From NCBI GenBank assembly GCA_002633005.1, contig NMRA01000719.1, positions 70,612 to 134,611 on the forward strand: a stretch of DNA of 64,000 bases, given 5' to 3'. The translations under genes were made by a program, and so were the position numbers. Position 1 is the first letter of the stretch. Each line of letters begins with the position of its first letter. The notes beneath the pieces are model-generated. The model worked only from the letters and a program-made list of their open reading frames with translations, was not told the DNA's origin and searched no databases. Below, one piece after another: positions 1 through 15,100 of this stretch. Origin of the DNA: Phoronis australis. Taxonomy: Eukaryota; Animalia; Phoronida.

Positions 1-859
1 TTGATGTCCATACACTGGTATAAGCCATGCTTAAAATAGCTTTTAATCTCGATTTTTGTGCTGAAATTTAACAAAAATAAAAACAGAATTTCCTTGGTCT
101 GCCATATTGCGTGCTAAATAAGTGAAGAGTTAGGGTGCAAGACAAAAGTAATCAAATAATACAGTTACGGTGAAAGACAAAAGTAATCAAACAAAATATC
201 ATTTTACAACCATGACAGCTAATTCCGTTTACATCAAAAATGACCAGTGATGGCTTTTATAGCACAAAAATTCCAATTACAGAATCACTTAGCCACCTTA
301 CTAACTTTCCTGAAAATTCACAATTCTCAGTCAAGAGGCAAGCTACGAAAGGTTACTCTGATGACAAACTCGGCTTTTGCCCAGAAGTCATCATTCAGGA
401 AATTCAGAATCATTTTGACTAAATATTTTTGGAATGTACTGTACCACTTATTGAAAGGCTGTTGTACACTATAAGTACAAATAAAAACTAAAGTTTGCTT
501 CCCCTCATCTGATTGACCGTAAAATAAGCACGCGACTCGAAACATTTTGTTTGCAATCTAATAAAAGCAATAGTTTCCTGATTGTAAAAACGAAACAGCT
601 ATGTTTTGTAACAAAAATCACTACCCCAAACTGATAAGGAGAAAATAAAACAATTTAAACACTGGCCTACCAATCTTAGAAAGGCAAAGGTTAGACAAGA
701 GTAAAGAACAGTATTTTAAGAACGATACTACCATTCCAACAATGATATGTGTGTGTATCAGAAAACGGTAAAGAAATAACAAGTGATGACTTTTAAATGT
801 TTCCATGGTAGTTGAATCCATCCCAAAATTTACATCATTCACGTAGTATCTCCTCATTA

Positions 860-1725
860 TGAAAACATAGGACAAATTTCATGAAGATCTACCAAACAAA
901 TTGTTAGAAATGAAGGCACACAATGGCACAATGACATTGAGACAAATAAAAAAACCAAAATGCCACTTTAAGTGGACCCTATGGTAGAAGAGTCTGAAAA
1001 TTAATGCCCCCTCAATAGCAACACACCTGTCAACGTTCATGATTCTTCAAGCAGTTTGCGGAGAAACAAACAAAAATTAACACTAGCAAAAAATATCTCA
1101 AATCCATCCAAAATTGGAAGGCTCTGCCCTCTCACCAAATTTCATGACATTCCATCCAGGAACTCTGAAGATACAGTGCCTAACATAATAAAATAAAATT
1201 GCCACCACGAGACATTTCAGTAGGCAGACTGGTCCAAGAGAAGTACGTCATCTGTTGCACCACAATGGTAAATTACAATCCTGAATATACTTGTCAAATT
1301 TTAAGACCACGCAGGGAGTTCAGCTGTGGATGCAAAGAAACGTAATTGTCACTGTGGGTGCCACAGTAGTCTGACTCCTCTGAAAGTCAACTTCCTACAA
1401 GAAACATCTCGCATTTTGTCAATTCTCTTAGTTGGAGGCAGGAGCAGTTTTCCACATAGGAAGGTTGACTCGAAGATATCAATTAAAATTTCCACTGGGC
1501 AGTGCAGAATAGGTCTAATCCATTCAAAAATATAAAGGAGTTGTCTTCTTAATAGAAACCCATTTGCCAAATTTCACAAAATTATGTCAAGTAAATAAAG
1601 ATACAAAGGTAAACAAAACATACTAAAACTGCCAGTAAGGGTCACAGCGACAGTCAGATCCGGTCAAAAGTAGTCATCATTACTTGTCACATTCATGGAA
1701 ATACAAAACTTTAATCTAAGGCTGA
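860..1725 (+). mobile_element. Degraded copies of an internally repetitive interspersed element (Helentron/HINE-like family A)
   Basis: Recurring modules 'caaatttcatgaagat', 'aaaattgccac', 'gtcagatccggtcaaaagtagtcatcat' are shared with 8500-9370, 11985-12197 and 24745-25477. Boundaries are approximate. Confidence 0.5.
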
Positions 1726-2009
1726 AAACATCTAAGCAGTTGACATTGTTTTGTACATTCACATTCTGAGAACTGAAAAAATGCAACAATCAACATAAAA
1801 AATTAACAAAGTTCTATTTCACTGAAATTAAGCTTACTTGACTAGGAACGTTATTTTGTTACACTCGTTGGCAAACTTTGCTTTTCATTTCTAAAAGAGA
1901 AGCACAATTAGCTTTATTACATTTAGCACTGCACCAAACATTAAGTCATAAAACAGGACAGCCTTTAACAAATGGGATTTGCAATTGTTTTTGTTTCAAT
2001 TTGAAGAAA

Positions 2010-2569
2010 TTGATCTAGCTTGACGCAGAGTCGCATTTGGCGACTTGGCGAAAATCCCAGTCACCAAACGAAATCTGAGGTCGCAAGAACTGACGTCAAA
2101 ATTGTTGATTAAAAAGAAAGGTCATACCCCACTCCATTCTCAGAAACTTATGCGTACCTCTTCAATTTCTCCCCATAAAAAATATGAACCATTCAATCTC
2201 TAACTCAATTCCTCTAGCCAACCAACATAAAATGCAGACGATCGCCAACGCTGCAGGCACGTGCGTCACCAATCTTGCCTGGTTTTTGCCGAACAATTCG
2301 GACTTCAGTCTGTTTACTTCCTGTTATAATTTAAGTGTGTGTTTGATGGCTGCTGACTGCTGCAGTGGCAAATGCACTGATTTCACAAAATAAACAGAAC
2401 AATTACGAACCAAAGGTATAAAATCTCTGAAAACTTAGTAATTTAAACTGTGGAAGTCAACACAAACTTTGAAACGAAGGAATTATTAACTGGGCAACTG
2501 TGATACTCGAAGTGGCGACTTCAGTCTGAGGTTGCACTGGCGACTTGCAGGCCACCAAATCTAGCACTG
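2010..2569. mobile_element. Probable non-autonomous hAT-like remnant
   Basis: Clusters of GTCGC/GGCGAC subterminal motifs at both ends, with a right end '...tctagcactg'. The left terminus and TSD were not found. Confidence 0.35.
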
Positions 2570-3768
2570 GTTATTGAATGCTTCCTTACTATTGCCTTGT
2601 TGAGACTAAACCTTTTAAACCAATATAAAGGTTATAACTCTATGTCTGTAGCTTAGTTATAACTCTCTGCCAGGGTGGTTTAGAAAGATGTTAAATAACC
2701 ATTGTACCTGGGTGGGAACACAGCAGTTGCAAGAGTTAACACTCAGTAGAAGGCACTGCAGTCAAATCTTGTTAGAAACAATGGCACTGGAAGGTATAAA
2801 ACTGCAAAAACAAGAGATAATGCTAAAAAAGCATAATTGATTCTGGTACACCTGGGACGAATAAAAATGATGTGGCATGTTTTTGTTAATCATTGCTTGT
2901 CAAATCATTGGCTTTCAAATCTTACTTGCCTTTGCTTACCTGGCTTTGTGCAGTTTTCACTCAAATGACACAAAAGACCTTGGTTGAAGATGATGCAGGC
3001 TTCACAGCCATTATTAGTTGAAACCAGAACAGCGTAGGAATCTTTAACTATTTAGCACGCAATGTGGCAGGAGGGGGGAATTTCATTTTTGACAAATTTC
3101 TCGAGGAAAAATTAAGAATACCTCAAGTCATTCTTAGCGAGGTTTGTACAACGTAACACTATATAAATTCTGATTAGTTGTAGCAGTCAGATTTTAAGAA
3201 ATAAAAAATCACAATTGTGACAACTGTGTTTAATGAAGTAACCTAGACTTCTTTGTTGCCAAGTGATAGCCACCACAGATATCACTGTCCCCGTTTGTGT
3301 AGCACTTACTCCACACCATCAAAACCTTAGGTAAGGTCAAACCTCGGACAATTTACGACACAATATGGCGGACAGGTGATTTAGTTACATGAATGATACA
3401 TAACACCAACCTAAAGCTTCACCATGTTCAAGTTTTCTACCATGTAGCTACCATCAGACAATACCTTGTAAAATTGCTAGCATTCACAGCAATGTTCAAA
3501 TCCCTTGAAGAATGAAAAAAGCAAAATTTCAGCAATCATTTTTTCTTAATTTAGTGAGAATTTTACCATATGTAGGACCTTCAAAAATTTCCAAGTTTGG
3601 ATAATTCAAAACACCATATCTAAGAAATGAATTCATATGAAATTTTCAGATACCATGTTACATGCATACCGGTAATTGATCTCCAAAACACTTGGTCATG
3701 TCACTCAGTGAGATTTGTATAAAGTTACAAATCAAATTCTACATAATTTTTTCAGAAAACACATACTT

Positions 3769-4229
3769 TCACTAAGTTACAATCTATCACTAAGTTACAA
3801 TCTATCACTAAGTTACAATCTATCACTAAGTTACAATCTATCACTAAGTTACAATCTATCACTAAGTTACAATCTATCACTAAGTTACAATCTATCACTA
3901 AGTTACAATCTATCACTAAGTTACAATCTATCACTAAGTTACAATCTATCACTAAGTTACAATCTATCACTAAGTTACAATCTATCACTAAGTTACAATC
4001 TATCACTAAGTTACAATCTATCACTAAGTTACAATCTATCACTAAGTTACAATCTATCACTAAGTTACAATCTATCACTAAGTTACAATCTATCACTAAG
4101 TTACAATCTATCACTAAGTTACAATCTATCACTAAGTTACAATCTATCACTAAGTTACAATCTATCACTAAGTTACAATCTATCACTAAGTTACAATCTA
4201 TCACTAAGTTACAATCTATCACTAAGTTA
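3769..4229. repeat. Perfect 18-bp minisatellite (TCACTAAGTTACAATCTA) x25 plus 11 bp
   Basis: Directly visible. Units start at 3769 and every 18 bp to 4201, with no variant unit seen. Confidence 0.98.
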
Positions 4230-4560
4230 AAATTAGTAGATATTTGCCTCAATACACAGACTTGTCAATATAAGTTCTTAAAACCTTTCTATAGACTGTA
4301 CCTTGGCTACTTCATCCAGAGAAATACAAATCCTCCTAAGCTAAGGCCAAACATAAAGTATCCTTGAACTAATAAATCCTGAGACACATCAGCTGGCAGA
4401 AATACAGGAACAAGAATGTTTTCAACTTGTTGAATTCAGCTGCATGTAGCGTGACAGGAAAATAATTGGTCATGTGGTATTACCATGGACACCAGAATGG
4501 CTCAATAAGCAGGTGTCACATACTTCAACACCATAATATACTTAATGAAGCTTCTCTTCT

Positions 4561-4988
4561 AAGGCCCTTTCATATTGACTTAACTCTCCGCCTCGAAGTA
4601 AGCGGTTGGTGCCGCTGTCATCGAAGTTATCGCAAGGTAGCGTTGCACGCTAAGATTTTTTTCAATGTTTCAATTTGGAAATATTTACATGTGCTACGTG
4701 ACATTAAACTTATTTTTAAATCGATTGGTTATTATTAGAGCAAAATATAAGCCGCTAATAGTGAAAGCACTATGTTGTAACTGTTGACGATAACAGTGGC
4801 ACCTGGCGATAAATTAGATTGGACTGGAGTTAAGCGTTCATACTATACCGCAGCGTCAACGCTGTGGTATTAAATCCACCTGTTAACTGTGATGTTAACT
4901 GGAGCTGTTAACTGCGATCCAGGACCAGAGTTAAGCGTTCATACTGACCGCAACTCCCCAAACCATCAACGTTAGTATGAAAGGCCCT
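4561..4988. mobile_element. MITE, PIF/Harbinger-like
   Basis: Imperfect terminal inverted repeats (TIRs) 'aaggccctttcatattgac' and 'gttagtatgaaaggccct'. Related sequence lies near 15233, 16080-16490 and 25970-26170/26920. Confidence 0.65.
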
Positions 4989-6904
4989 CTAGACATCAAA
5001 ACCCAGGAACAAGAGGCCCAGCTATTATCAACTTACTCAAGGCAACTAAGCTTTAAAAAGCATTGACTAAGAAGTTGTCCAAAGCTGTTTCTATTAAGTT
5101 CTGCCTATTTCGATTCAGTATAGAAGTTTCAGTCAACCTATCATGGTAAGACAAAAGCTGCTAATTAATGAAGATAGTAACATTTTACTAATTCACCTAG
5201 AACAATTTACTTTCTGAAAATGAGTTGTCGCAAGGTTTACCATACACACAGCTGTCAACCCAAAACTTCAACTGGGTAGATTATTGATCACATGGAATTT
5301 GCAAGATTTTTCAACAAGGTGGTAATTTTAGCCCCTTCAGTTCATCTGTCAAAGACTTCCCCATTCACTGTAAAAGGGCTGAATAGGAGACTTTTCATAT
5401 CGGTGCTCTCAAGAGAAATCAGAGCACTAAACTGACTTTCCACTGATCCCAACGCAGATTTGTTGGACAGAATGAGCGATAAATAACAAAAGCAAATGAA
5501 TAAATTTCACTGTCAGCCTCTCCTGATGTTTGACTGTTAAAGTTTACTAATTTATGTTAGCTTCTTGACACCTGCTGGGATCAAAATTCTCTCACTTTAT
5601 CAGTGGGAGCCACTGGCTTTGTGGAGGATACATCTTCACAGAGGGAAATGTATGGAACAGGATGTTCTTGTTCATCTATTAATATTTCCAAAAGTTTGCC
5701 CTTTTTCGTAAAGCAATGATACATCCCACCCCACAGCAGTAGTAATTTGCCGGCATTATAATAGCAGGGAAGGTGTTAAAACGCTGTTTAGACCAGTTTG
5801 CCATCCGTATTACATGGGTTTTGTAGGTGAAGCTGAACGACTGTCCAACAAAGACCTGATCGCCATCAGGTGGTTTAGTAAATTTCAATATGGCACGGTT
5901 ATTTCGAAGTCAACTATTGGCAGGCACTTGCCCATTCTTGATCAAGTAAATTCTAAGTTTCATGGGACATAACTACAGTTTAATGAAATCATCAGACCAC
6001 AGAATGACAGGTTTACGAAATACCGAATGAAAATCATTAAGTCTTTAAATGAAAAAATCCACCAACAATTAGTATTTTTCTTAAATTCATGTGACTAGTT
6101 CAGTGTTACCTCCAATGACTAGTCAAGTGGGTCAATCTGTGTTGGTATTGTCCAGCAGAAATAGAAGCCATGATTTATGTTGATTATCTAATCAAAACAA
6201 AACTAAAGAAATAAGAAAAAACAAAAAGAGCATTGCTCATATTCTTTGCAAATATGTGACTTCAGCTGAGAACGATTTTGTGGATGACACTCGGAATTAG
6301 TGATTAGCCTGAGCCATGTACAGCCAGCCTAATTGCTGACTTAGGTGATGGTAGAGTACACCTATGTTGATCACAAAGAGATCAGTTAACCCCAGATTTC
6401 AGGTTTCTCTCTCTTGAGCACCCGTGGTTTTGTTAGTTTTTGGAGAAATTTCTGTTGATTGCTTTCCTGCTGAACTGCAATTGATGTAATGTCCTAACTG
6501 ACTCAAATTCAAAATGATTCTGATTCGTGATATGACTAAAGTGTCAGAGGTAGTGCGTTACTATCAGGCAGGGGTATTTCAACTGAAACCCTTCATTGAC
6601 CACAGATACAAGTTGTTTTTCATCTGAAATTTGGAACTGACTGTACCTGCGAAGTTCTGGCTTAAGGTAATTAATGAATTCCATTACAAAGAATGAAATT
6701 TCTTGAAGCTACACTTTGCCCCCTTTAGCTAGCTTAAAAAATCGAATCATGCATTTTACTCTCATAAAACCGATCTCTGATATTCCTTACGCAACAAGAT
6801 CATTGAAACCATCCCCAACTTAAGAAAATGCTTCGGTGTTCATTGGGGTTCGACAAGTCTAAGCTTGCGAACCTGAAAAATGGTGCGTGTACGCATTGCC
6901 TATG

Positions 6905-8030
6905 AGATTGATAGATAGACAATACGTTTATTAACTTATATAACAAAATAGTGAAATACAATAAAGAAAAAACATATTTGAATATTTATGTATATAAACC
7001 GGAGACCCTCAAAGGCAAAAGTTGCTTCAAAGAGAACCACCGAAAATACAACAGAATGCAACATATGTATATCTCATCTAGAATGGAAGAAAGTATTGTA
7101 CTTTCCTTGATAATTAGAGGAAGTGAAAACGTAAACAATGAGTTCCCATGACATTTGATTTGTAAAATATAGTCTTGAGCACAGGACTGTAGTTGTGATA
7201 AACATCAGGGTTGCCTAAGTTGCCTAATAGACTTGGTGAAAAATAGTTTTTAATTGGTCTGTTGTTTCAATTGTGATAGCAAATAAAAATGTTTTGAAAG
7301 TAATGAGGTAGTTGTTTGTGTAAAAATTTGTAATATATATTTCAGGCAGGATGTATAGAGTGTGTGGTGGAGCAGAGGTATTTTCAATAATTTGTATATT
7401 GGATTTGTATGGGCAAAATAGTGTGAGTTGGTGATTATTTGTAAGGCTCGTTTCTGAAGGACTTGTAATCTGCTGAAATGTTTAAATCCCCATATTGTGA
7501 TGCCAAAAGTTGAGTGTGGAACAAACAGCAGTAAATCATACTCAGTGTGAATAGAGGCAGATAATTCTTGAGTTTGTTGAGTACACCAAAGGTTTGTGCA
7601 ATTTCTGTTCCCACCAGATTGACATGTTCAGACCAGGATAAAGAGTTGTCAAACGATATTCCCAAAAATTTAACCATTTTAACATATTAAGTTAAGTTTT
7701 AATTGTTAATAGTAAGGGAAGTGGAATGCCATGTAATTAGTTTTGGCGATACTAAATGCCAATTTGTTGATTGATAACCATGTGAACCTAATCTGGCAGC
7801 TTATTATTGATTTCAGTGTTGTAGTTGTTGGTTTTGTAGATGAAGGTGTGTGTATAAGACAGTATCATCAGCATACATAAGGGGTCAAGGGAAGTGGATT
7901 TTTGGAGGTCGTTAACAACGTAGATAAGAACAAGGAGTGGACCCAGAATACATGATAGTTGATTTTGAGAGGGTGAATAGTCAAATAAAACATATTGCAC
8001 TCGATTGGTTAAATGAGTTTTGAAGAATAA
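6905..8030 (-). mobile_element. 5'-truncated, degenerate LINE (CR1/L2-group reverse transcriptase C-terminus plus 3' tail)
   Basis: Minus-strand peptides 'SCILGPLLVLIYVVNDL' (RT GSxLGPxLFxIYxND motif) and 'VKFLGISFDNSLSWSEHV...GVLNKLKNYLP' are broken by frameshifts. On the minus strand there is an AATAAA (tttatt at ~6927) followed by a short (CTAT)n tail. Confidence 0.88.
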
Positions 8031-8499
8031 ATGCTTGACTGAATGACTTGAATTGCTGCGTCAATCACCAATATTCAAGATCGAATGAGTGTGGTTATGC
8101 TTTTAAGGCCCAAACCACTTCCGTTATGAATTGAATATTGACAGCTAAATAGTGACGAGATGCAGTTTTAAATGACTTTATAAGTATTAATTGTAGACTC
8201 AGAATTAAAAATATATTTTTTAAAATCCTAGTTTAGCACTGAATTGGTGGACGAAAATAAGGCCCAGATGTTCAAAATCACCTGACTGTGTTTCTTTTTA
8301 AAAATCGTGTTTTTACGAAGGTCAACACATTTTCCACAAACATGATTTTTTGCATGAAATTCTCTAATTCTGTTTATTTTATAAGCTGCAAAAGTGCATC
8401 CTTGAATTTCTTTTACGGCCTTTTAGCCCACTAAAAAATGTAAGTTTTTGATTTCTGACAGTTAACCAGTTCGTCAAATGATGTCATTATTGCCTTAAA

Positions 8500-9370
8500 T
8501 AACAAGAGCAACGCAGAGCGTTGAAATGCGCCCGCGAATGCACTGCAAAGGGGGTGCTTCTAGGTTGCTTATTTGTATCATAAAATGGCCACTAGATGGT
8601 GCAAAAACGTCCAATCCATCCGAAAACAGGAACATGTCATTGCTTTTTTAATAGAAGGCTATTTACCAAATTCATAAAAATCTGACAAGAAACTTCAGAG
8701 AAACAAATGAAAATGGAAAAAATGAAATTGCCACCAGGAGGCACAGCGTTCAGTGCATCTGCCTAAAAGTCATCGTCGTCTGTTGTTAGCTTCATATAAA
8801 CACTTACTTAATTTAATAAAGATCCTGCAATGGGTTTAGGACATAGCGCTATGGGCTCAAAACAAAACAAAACTACCACTAGGAGGGGCCACAGTAGTCA
8901 AAGTCGTCATCGTCAATCGTCCCCTTCAAACTGAGAACATGTACGCCAATTTTCAAAATCATTCTTAGAATGGTTAGGTTGACAGAGTGTAGACTCAAAA
9001 ACAGAAAAAATGGCCAATGGGTGGCACAAAATACCTCGATTCCATCCAAAAACAGGAGGATGGCGTCACCTCACTAATAGATGCCTACATGTCAAATTTT
9101 ATGAAAATACATGGAGGACGACCTTTAAAGATACAGAGGTAAGCGTAAAAAACTAAAATTGCCACTAGGGAGCACACCGGTAGTCAGATCCGTCTGAAAG
9201 TTCGCTCATGTCGTCCCATCTATGCAAGGAACATATGCAAAACTTCATGAACATACCTCAAAGGGCTTTGGAGATGGAGCAGTGCAGACGCCAGACGCCC
9301 GCACAGACAGACCAACGGAGATGACAGCATATTATGCATCAACAAATACATATGTAGGCATATAACAAGC
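8500..9370 (+). mobile_element. Helentron/HINE-like non-autonomous element (family A), near-complete copy
   Basis: Starts 'aacaagagc', has internal diverged tandem modules ('aaaattgccactaggg'), a (caga)n-like tract near 9285-9312 and a degenerate 3' hairpin '...catatgtaggcatataa'. Confidence 0.6.
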
Positions 9371-11984
9371 TTAATGTTAATGTAGGACCTTATAGACAAG
9401 TGTGTTTATATAGTTTAATTTCTACAAAACTATGGGTTTTTAACTTAATAAAGAACAGTAAAAACTCACTAGTTTAGGACACAATATGAATAAATTAACG
9501 CTTTTTACACTGTTCACATTCTGCCCCATAGCTACCATTAGAAAATATTTTGGAAAATTGTGGGCATTCATTGTTATATTAGAAGACCTTGAAAAAAAAA
9601 GGTAATTAGGGCATTTTTCAAGTCTCCTACATTACCATGACAACAGCTGGTTATAGTCCATTTAAACTGATAATTATGGGGTAACAAGGCAAGTAAATGT
9701 GCAAGTACATTTTTCACTGCAGAGAATGTGGGCCACTGCACGTAAGATACATTGCATCAGACACATTGCGTATTTCCGTATTTCCGTTGTGGAGAACACA
9801 GTTGTTGATACCTCATGTAATCCATGTTCTCACCATTTCACTAGGTCATGTGTCAAACGTAACCAGTTTTGATTGGCCAGAGACTCCTAAGTCAAATGAA
9901 AGTTCAAGTAAAATGTCATGCACTATGTCATTCGACAATTTGTACCTGCTTAACACTCCTACCTGAGGTACAAAGACATATACAAACAAGAGCAAAGTGT
10001 GGTGTTGATATGCACCTATCCTGTGCATGGCCTATTACTTCAAACATTGTCACTAAACACAGCAATTGCCAGTAAACTTAGTAATAGCCTGCAGAGGATG
10101 CAAAGTAACTGAGTTTAAATTTGCTAAAAATGAAGCCAACCCCATGTGGATTTTTCTAGACTAAACAAACACATATTGAAAGTAAATATTTTGCTTGACT
10201 GTATAGTATAAATATATTACCAATAATAATTCTGAAGACACCCAGGTGTTGAATGATATTTTAGCATTAAACTTATGTGGGACTCTCTAAATGCCCAAAT
10301 TTGGCAAACTTCAGAACACCATATCTCAGAAATGACCAATCGGATTCAAATGAAACTTTCAGACACCATGGATTACACAGTGTTCTCCAAACCATTGTTT
10401 AGAAATGTTCTTAAATTTTCCACTTTTGCATCAGGGGCTATCAAAAATAGGACTTTTATGCTTTTTATGAAAGTTACGTAAAACGAAAACAAAATAATTC
10501 AGAAAACTGTAACAGTGCTTTTGAGATTTCATCTTGAACATTAATATCCAATAAAATTTGGTCGTGTTGTTGATAGTGTTATTTTGCTATGAATGTAGCT
10601 TTCTTTTCGCAAAATTTTAGCAGTAAGACATGGTCACATGATCCAATCAATAGCAGATTAGTGTTAAGTCAAACATCAAATTCTACAGGCCTTCTATATA
10701 CCTTTACTGAGTTAAAATCTAGAGTTATGTAGAAATTTGGTTAAATACAACAAGTCCATAAGGTCCTCCATTACCTTAAAGGAACATTGTATTTTTTCTG
10801 TATTGTAAAAGATAACAATCTCATCTTCCACTAGGGGAGCATACAGCCAGAATTCCAGGTGTACCTATCAAGACCAAGACAGGTACTCATGAAGCCTAAT
10901 ACAGATGAAATCTATTGATCACAAGAGGTGAATGTTCACCACTGACCTGTAAGTTACCTACAAGCAGCCACACAAACTAGTCACTGCCCTGCAGACAACA
11001 GGGGGATTATAATCTCTCACCATGACTTAGAATTTGATGATGTTCCAAAACCAAAGGTGATAAACTGAGAAAGCCAACATGGCCTCACATTAAAATCTCC
11101 ATAATAATATAGCTGCAGCATCAAAAACTATTGACAATCAGTGTAAGGATGAATGGAATTTTACCGTGGGTCCCTTTTAAAGTACCTTGCACTTTGTCAG
11201 TTGATCGTACAGGAGCACTGTTCTAAGGTCATTTTGTGTAGAGCAGTGAAATTAGCTAATTAGCGATGACTTCAGCCCATTAAAACACTGGCCAAAACAT
11301 TTTGATTGATCGTGGACTAAAGCTGGTGATTTTTCAAACTGTTTGACATCTGAAATTGAGTTCCCTGTGAAAAGTTTTGATAGGCTCATTTAACCGAAGA
11401 TACATGATAAAAATTAGTGTCTCAGGTAAACTTTTGGTTAATCCTGTGATAAATGTTATTCCATTTGGTAATAAATCTTTTAACCATGGTAAACAATCAG
11501 CCTGTGAGTCACGATGATGGTCAAAACACCGTGGGAACACTTAAAAATGAATTAATTAGATTGATATCTGGATTTGGGAACACCTGACATCTATAGTTGA
11601 AACCAAATCGAAGCTTTTTGTTAATCAGTACAATAATTTTTCACTTATTTCACACAAAATAAATTACCATAGTATATTATCTTGATAGTCATTGTGTGCC
11701 ACGTAAACTGAAAATATAAACTTCGTAGCTGCCACATGTGCAAAATTAATAGAGTAACCAAACCTCACCAACTACTCGCGTGTAAATTTAATGAAACGTG
11801 GCCTATGGTTTGCCAATGTAATCCAATTAACAGCAATTAAGTTACTTTAACCTGTTCTGATATAAGAGTACCTTATCCCATCTTGGTGAAACACACTTTT
11901 GAGCACTGGAATTGATGATAGGGCTTTGTGGTGATTTTTCAAAATGCAAAACTGACTATGAGGTACAATAAACACCCACCATAA

Positions 11985-12197
11985 AAAACTAAAATTGTCA
12001 CTAGGGAGCACAGCAGTAGTCAGAACAGTCCGAAATTCGTCATCATCTGTCCTTAGCTTCCTAATAACACACCAGCCAAATATCAGTAAGATCCTGCAAG
12101 GGGTTTAGGAGATACAGCAGCGGACGCCAGACACCAGTCACGCTCAGACACCCAAGCAGCGATGACGACATTGCGCTCAAATATGTGAGCGCATAAA
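11985..12197 (+). mobile_element. Family A element, 3' portion with terminal hairpin
   Basis: Hairpin TGCGCTCA-aatatg-TGAGCGCA at 12172-12193 followed by taaaa. The upstream sequence matches 9150-9330 and 25270-25470. Confidence 0.65.
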
Positions 12198-15100
12198 ATT
12201 GATCAACTTACCAAACTTTGTGGTAGAAACATATTCTATTTTTTATGTAAGATGTCCTGATTACCCAATTACAATATACCCGACAATATCGCATGGCTGC
12301 ACTTGCCATCTCGCTGTTTGTGCGCAAGGTCCTGGCAGACGATCGTGACTCGGATGACATCAATGTGTCAATGTGCATCTCCCTTTTATCACAAGACAAC
12401 AAAAATGGCAACCCTAATTAAATCACAAAACTGTGGCCATGATTTGTGTCTCAGTACAATGGTTTTGAGGTGCCACGAAATGTTCACCTAATTTTTTTCT
12501 ACCTAGCAATAGGTCATATTCAGCAAATGGGCAACATTTGGCGAATTTTTTTGACAAGATGTTTTTCAGACATTCGAGTCGCAGAATTTGGACTGTGAAC
12601 AAAAAGAGGCAGTTTGCACTTGGAGTTATCTCTCTTTGAATCTTTAACAACTTGGATGACAATCATATAGCAGGTCAGTCATAGAAAAGTCGCAGGTATT
12701 CCAACATGTTCTTTCAATTTCAAGTTGCATACTAAAGTTTCTTGAATGCTAATGTTGGTTAGAGAGCACTGATTCAACTTTTGGGTCAGCAGCTAGACTT
12801 GCCACAAATTCTTTGTGCTCAAAACTGTAAAACAAGCCCCTTAAATGAACTTCGGGTAGCACGGCTTTGGTTTGCATTGAAAAGAATGTGCCTAGATTTT
12901 TCACAACCCGTGGCTTCATTTCAGTGAGAATGTTCATCAGGTAAACTAACAATCATTCACCTCGATGTTACAGACTACGGGGACACATGAAAATGCTGCA
13001 TCGACAACTATTTCCGACGATTTTATTAATTGTCCAGCCTATTTTCAGACTCTGTTGATACAAAGTGCTGTGCCCACAATTTGAAAAATACGATGAACAT
13101 CGAAATCGTCCATTTCTCAATCAAGAAAATTCCACTTTGCTAGAATATCCATGTCACAAATTTTAGAGAATGCACAAATTGAAGCATTTTCACCGTAAAT
13201 AAGCTTGGGAACAAGAAAGTTGTTTTGGACAAGACAATCTGGTCTGTAACTAATTTAACCATTTGATTATCGAAACTCAGGTCTGACAACTTAAAGGTGC
13301 TGTTTGAAATAACAGCCGCTTTCACAGATGTACATAACAAACACTTTTCTCAACCATACCTCCCTCTGAAAATGTTGATCGGGATTCATTTACGCAAACT
13401 ACAAATTTTGTTGGACATGGCCTTCTAATGGTTTTTAATGGCCTTAATAGATAAATGCTCTAATTAAAAACCAACAAAACGTTGTGTTCAACAAAATTTG
13501 TCACAAGGAGAATTTGTTGCTGAGATACCCTGTAAACTACAATACATCATTTCTCATGAAAGTTCTAGGTCCCTTCATAACATTTTTAAGGATATGAACA
13601 AGCAACAAAATGTTGAATTTTTTCTTCTTGCACCGCCATTATTGACGTCAAAAGCATACATCAGCATCAAGCCTCAACCCCCTGCCTAAAGTGTACGATT
13701 TGTATACTAGAGACAATGACAATAATGGAGATCTGTCCATAAAATAAAACATTCAATAAATTACGGGACTGACTATGCAGTTGGGTTTTACCATCACTTT
13801 TGTAAATTAAGTTATTTTTAGACCAAAATTCGAAGATAACCACTTCAAAAGTTATTTTATTACACTTCAAATTTCTACACTCAATTTAGTTCATTTTGAA
13901 AAGCTTTGATTGATGTCATGGTGAAAAGGCATGATTTGGGATCAATTTTGACTTTAGTTCACATTAAAATTGGTTTGAAAAATGTGAAATAGGTGGAAGG
14001 AGTACCTAGCTTGTGAGCAGATATTAGATCTGCAAACTAGTCCATCGCATCTGAATGAGCACCATTTCCTGAGGGACAAAAGGGGCCTACCAGAAACAAA
14101 CAGGGAGCAGACAATGTTGATTGAGAACCTTTTGAATAAACAAACGCAGATACTAAACAAGCCTGTTATTGGAGTATATCGATTACAAGGATGGATGAGA
14201 AAAACACAGACCCAATCCATGGCATTCAGATGAATACATCGTTACAGAACAGGAACTGCCTAGAACACTGATAACAAGAGTAGATCAAATATCTTATGCA
14301 TTTTAATATTTTGATAGCCATACTTAGAATACAGTCCAAAACTCATAAAAATGAAGTTTAACTTCCTTCAGATGTTTATGAGCTTTACTTTTGTTTAATT
14401 ATCCTATAATCAAGTATTTAGGTCCATATGCCTAAATGCGAAGCTGTTGCTATGGCAATTCTCCATTTATTTCTCAAAATATAAATTAAATATATTTTCC
14501 AAATAGTCTGGGGTGTGCCAAATAAACTGAATATACAAACTTGTTAGTGGACGGCTTAGGCGAAATCTCTGACCAGTAAACTTGTTTAGTAGTCTGAGGC
14601 AAAAATCAAGCTAAGCATAGCAAACTGATCTTATGAGAATTTAACAAAATGCAGTTTAAGGGTTGCCAACATGATCCAATTAATAGTAATTTAGTGACTT
14701 TATATTGTACTATATGCTGCCCACACTCAGATTTACCACAGAAGTTACTCCTGGAACGAGTTGTCGCAAGGTGGAGTAGGGTAACTTGCTCTCGGATAAC
14801 TTGCGCCACTTCTATTTTCTCTGTGGCCGCTCTGGGGCAAGGCAGAAGAAAATATTAGCTGCGGTTACACAGAGTGTTTTTTTTGCGCCCTGTATTTGCA
14901 TGTGTTCATCATCATGCACAGAACAACAACTTCTGCCTTATTCTAGTTATGGGGTATGTGTGTGGACGCTCCACAAATTGGGTAAGATGCACAAAGTGCA
15001 AGTTGTTCTAGGGTTAGGCTGTGTGTGGACGAGACTTTAGAGTACTTCACTCCTTCATGCACTCTTTTGAGCTGTGACTCTTGCTAACACAACACTCATC

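Noticed and set aside
3715-4252. ORFs of 171 and 166 aa (LSLSYN/LVIDCN repeats); possible CRISPR-like array
   Set aside because: By-products of an 18-bp stop-free tandem unit. There are no spacers and no cas genes.
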